Shown here piece by piece: positions 62,186 through 64,000 of a DNA stretch of 64,000 bases. The number at the start of each line of letters is the position of its first letter. The stretch's first letter is position 1. Where the stretch lies: positions 1 to 64,000 of the forward strand of contig NIVC01002626.1 of NCBI GenBank assembly GCA_002269645.1, written 5' to 3'. The notes below the pieces were generated by a model. That model was not told the DNA's origin and made no database searches. It was given only the letters and a program-made list of their open reading frames with translations. Source of the DNA: Macrostomum lignano. Lineage: Eukaryota. The position numbers and the translations under genes are program-made.

Positions 62186-63610
62186 TCCTTGGATGACGAA
62201 TTTCCCCAGTTGAATTCCCTCCTTGGATGATGAATTTCCCCAGTTGAATTCCCCTTTTTGGATGACGAATTTCCCAAGTTGAATTCCCTTCCTTGGATGA
62301 CGAATTTCCCCAGTTGAATTCCCTTCCTTGGATGACGAATTTCCCCAGTTGAATTCCCCTTTTTGTATGACGAATTTCCCCAGTTGAATTCCCTCCTTGG
62401 ATGACGAATTTCCCCAGTTGAATTCCCTCCTTGGATGACGAATTTCCCCAGTTGAATTCCCCTTTTTGGATGACGAATTTCCGCAGTTAAATTTCCCTTT
62501 TTGGATGACGAATTTCCCCAGTTCAATTCCCCTTTTTGGATGACGAATTTCCCCAGTTGAATTCCCTCCTTGGATGACGAATTTCCCCAGTTGAATTCCC
62601 TCCTTGGATGACGAATTTCCCCAGTTGAATTCCCCTTTTTGGATGACGAATTTCCGCAGTTAAATTTCCCTTTTTGGATGACGAATTTCCGCAGTTGAAT
62701 TCCCCTTTTTGGATGACGAATTTCCCCAGTTGAATTCCCCTACTTGGATGATGAATTTCCCAAGTTGAATTCCCTTCCTTGGATGACGAATTTCCCCAGT
62801 TGAATTCCCCTTTTTGGATGACGAATTTCCCAAGTTGAATTCCCCTTTTTGTATGACGAATTTCCCCAGTTGAATTCCCCTCCTTGGATGACGAATTTCC
62901 CCAGTTGAATTCCCCTTTTTGGATGACGAATTTCCGCAGTTGAATTTCCCTTTTTGGATGACGAATTTCCCCAGTTGAATTCCCTTCCTTGGATGACGAA
63001 TTTCCCCAGTTGAATTCCCTTCCTTGGATGACGAATTTCCCCAGTTGAATTCCCCTCCTTGGATGATGAATTTCCCAAGTTGAATTCCCTTCCTTGGATG
63101 ACGAATTTCCCCAGTTGAATTCCCCTTTTTGGATGACGAATTTCCCAAGTTGAATTCCCCTTTTTGTATGACGAATTTCCCCAGTTGAATTCCCCTCCTT
63201 GGATGACGAATTTCCCCAGTTGAATTCCCCTTTTTGGATGACGAATTTCCCAAGTTGAATTCCCCTTTTTGTATGACGAATTTCCCAAGTTGAATTCCCC
63301 TCCTTGGATGACGAATTTCCCCGTTGAATTCCCTTCCTTGGATGACGAATTTCCCAGTTGAATTCCCTTCCTTGGATGACGAATTTCCCCAGTTGAATTC
63401 CCCTCCTTGGATGACGAATTTCCCCAGTTGAATTCCCTTCCTTGGATGACGAATTTCCCCAGTTGAATTCCCCTTTTTGGATGACGAATTTCCCTAGTTC
63501 AATTCCCCTTTTTGGATGACGAATTTCCCTAGTTCAATTCCCCTTTTTGGATGACGAATTTCCCTAGTTCAATTCCCCTCCTTGGATGACGAATTTCCCC
63601 AGTTGAATTC
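62186..63610. repeat. 34/35-bp minisatellite (TTGGATGACGAATTTCCCCAGTTGAATTCCCTCC)
   Basis: About 41 copies; period verified at 62191/62225/62260. Confidence 0.96.
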
Positions 63611-63863
63611 CCCTCTTTGGAAAGCAAATTCCCTCAATTTTAAATCCTGTTTTTGATGCAGATTCTCCCAGTTTTAATTTCCCTTTCAGGCTGACGAATC
63701 CCCTAGTCGATTCCCTAAATTTGAACTGAAACCTTTTAACTAAGCAAGTCCTTGTTCAGTTGCTACCCTGATCCCATAGTTGCACTTTAACTTCTAATGA
63801 AGGCATGGATAATCAAATTTAGCTGTCAACAATTTTTTTCACTCTTTTGCCATCTCCCGCCAG

Positions 63864-64000
63864 CCCCGGCCAGCGCCAGGCAGAGGTGGCGGACTCAACG
63901 GAGCAAATCAACAACAGCTGGCCGCCTCGTCACCTCCGCCGATGCCTCCGCCTTCGCCGCCTCCGCCGCCGCCGCCGCTATCTCAAGGCGGCGAGGCCAT
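63864..64000 (+). CDS. FARP: FERM gene exon 11 (partial, proline-rich; continues beyond the window)
   Basis: Polypyrimidine tract plus CAG acceptor; open in phase 0 (PRPAPGRGGG...PPPPPPPLSQGGEA). Confidence 0.7.

Noticed and set aside
60338-64000. RhoGEF (DH) and PH domains expected of a full FARP protein
   Set aside because: Not visible in the window, so FARP versus FRMD7-like architecture cannot be settled here.

Overview
Animal genomic DNA with spliceosomal introns. The divergent intronless peptide-type GPCRs and the extreme micro/minisatellite load suggest a free-living flatworm such as Macrostomum (inference, no database search done). The left 26 kb holds two tandem intronless class A GPCR genes (- strand), several tRNA-derived CORE-like SINEs, three short LINE 3' remnants, and one full-length 5.9-kb non-LTR retrotransposon (16947-22842, - strand; ORF1 plus APE-RT-RNase H-CCHC) inserted into a SINE with a 12-bp target-site duplication (TSD). 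The right 37 kb is the 5' part of a FARP/Cdep/FRMD7-type FERM gene (+ strand, 11 coding exons reconstructed in frame, running off the window). Its introns are about 55% tandem repeat and also contain an intact-ORF mariner element and a truncated Penelope-like element. Top observations: (1) a complete HDV-like self-cleaving ribozyme fold at the LINE 5' end, whose predicted cleavage site falls exactly on the TSD-defined element boundary and which carries a 172-nt structured J1/2 insert; (2) a Penelope fragment with inverted pseudo-LTRs, each with a minimal hammerhead ribozyme mutated at a different core base; (3) a conserved 3' stem-loop shared by divergent LINE copies; (4) unusual intron architecture, with kb-scale inverted minisatellite arms and identical minisatellites bracketing single exons. 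All structure calls were made by hand; repeat-array boundaries are approximate.
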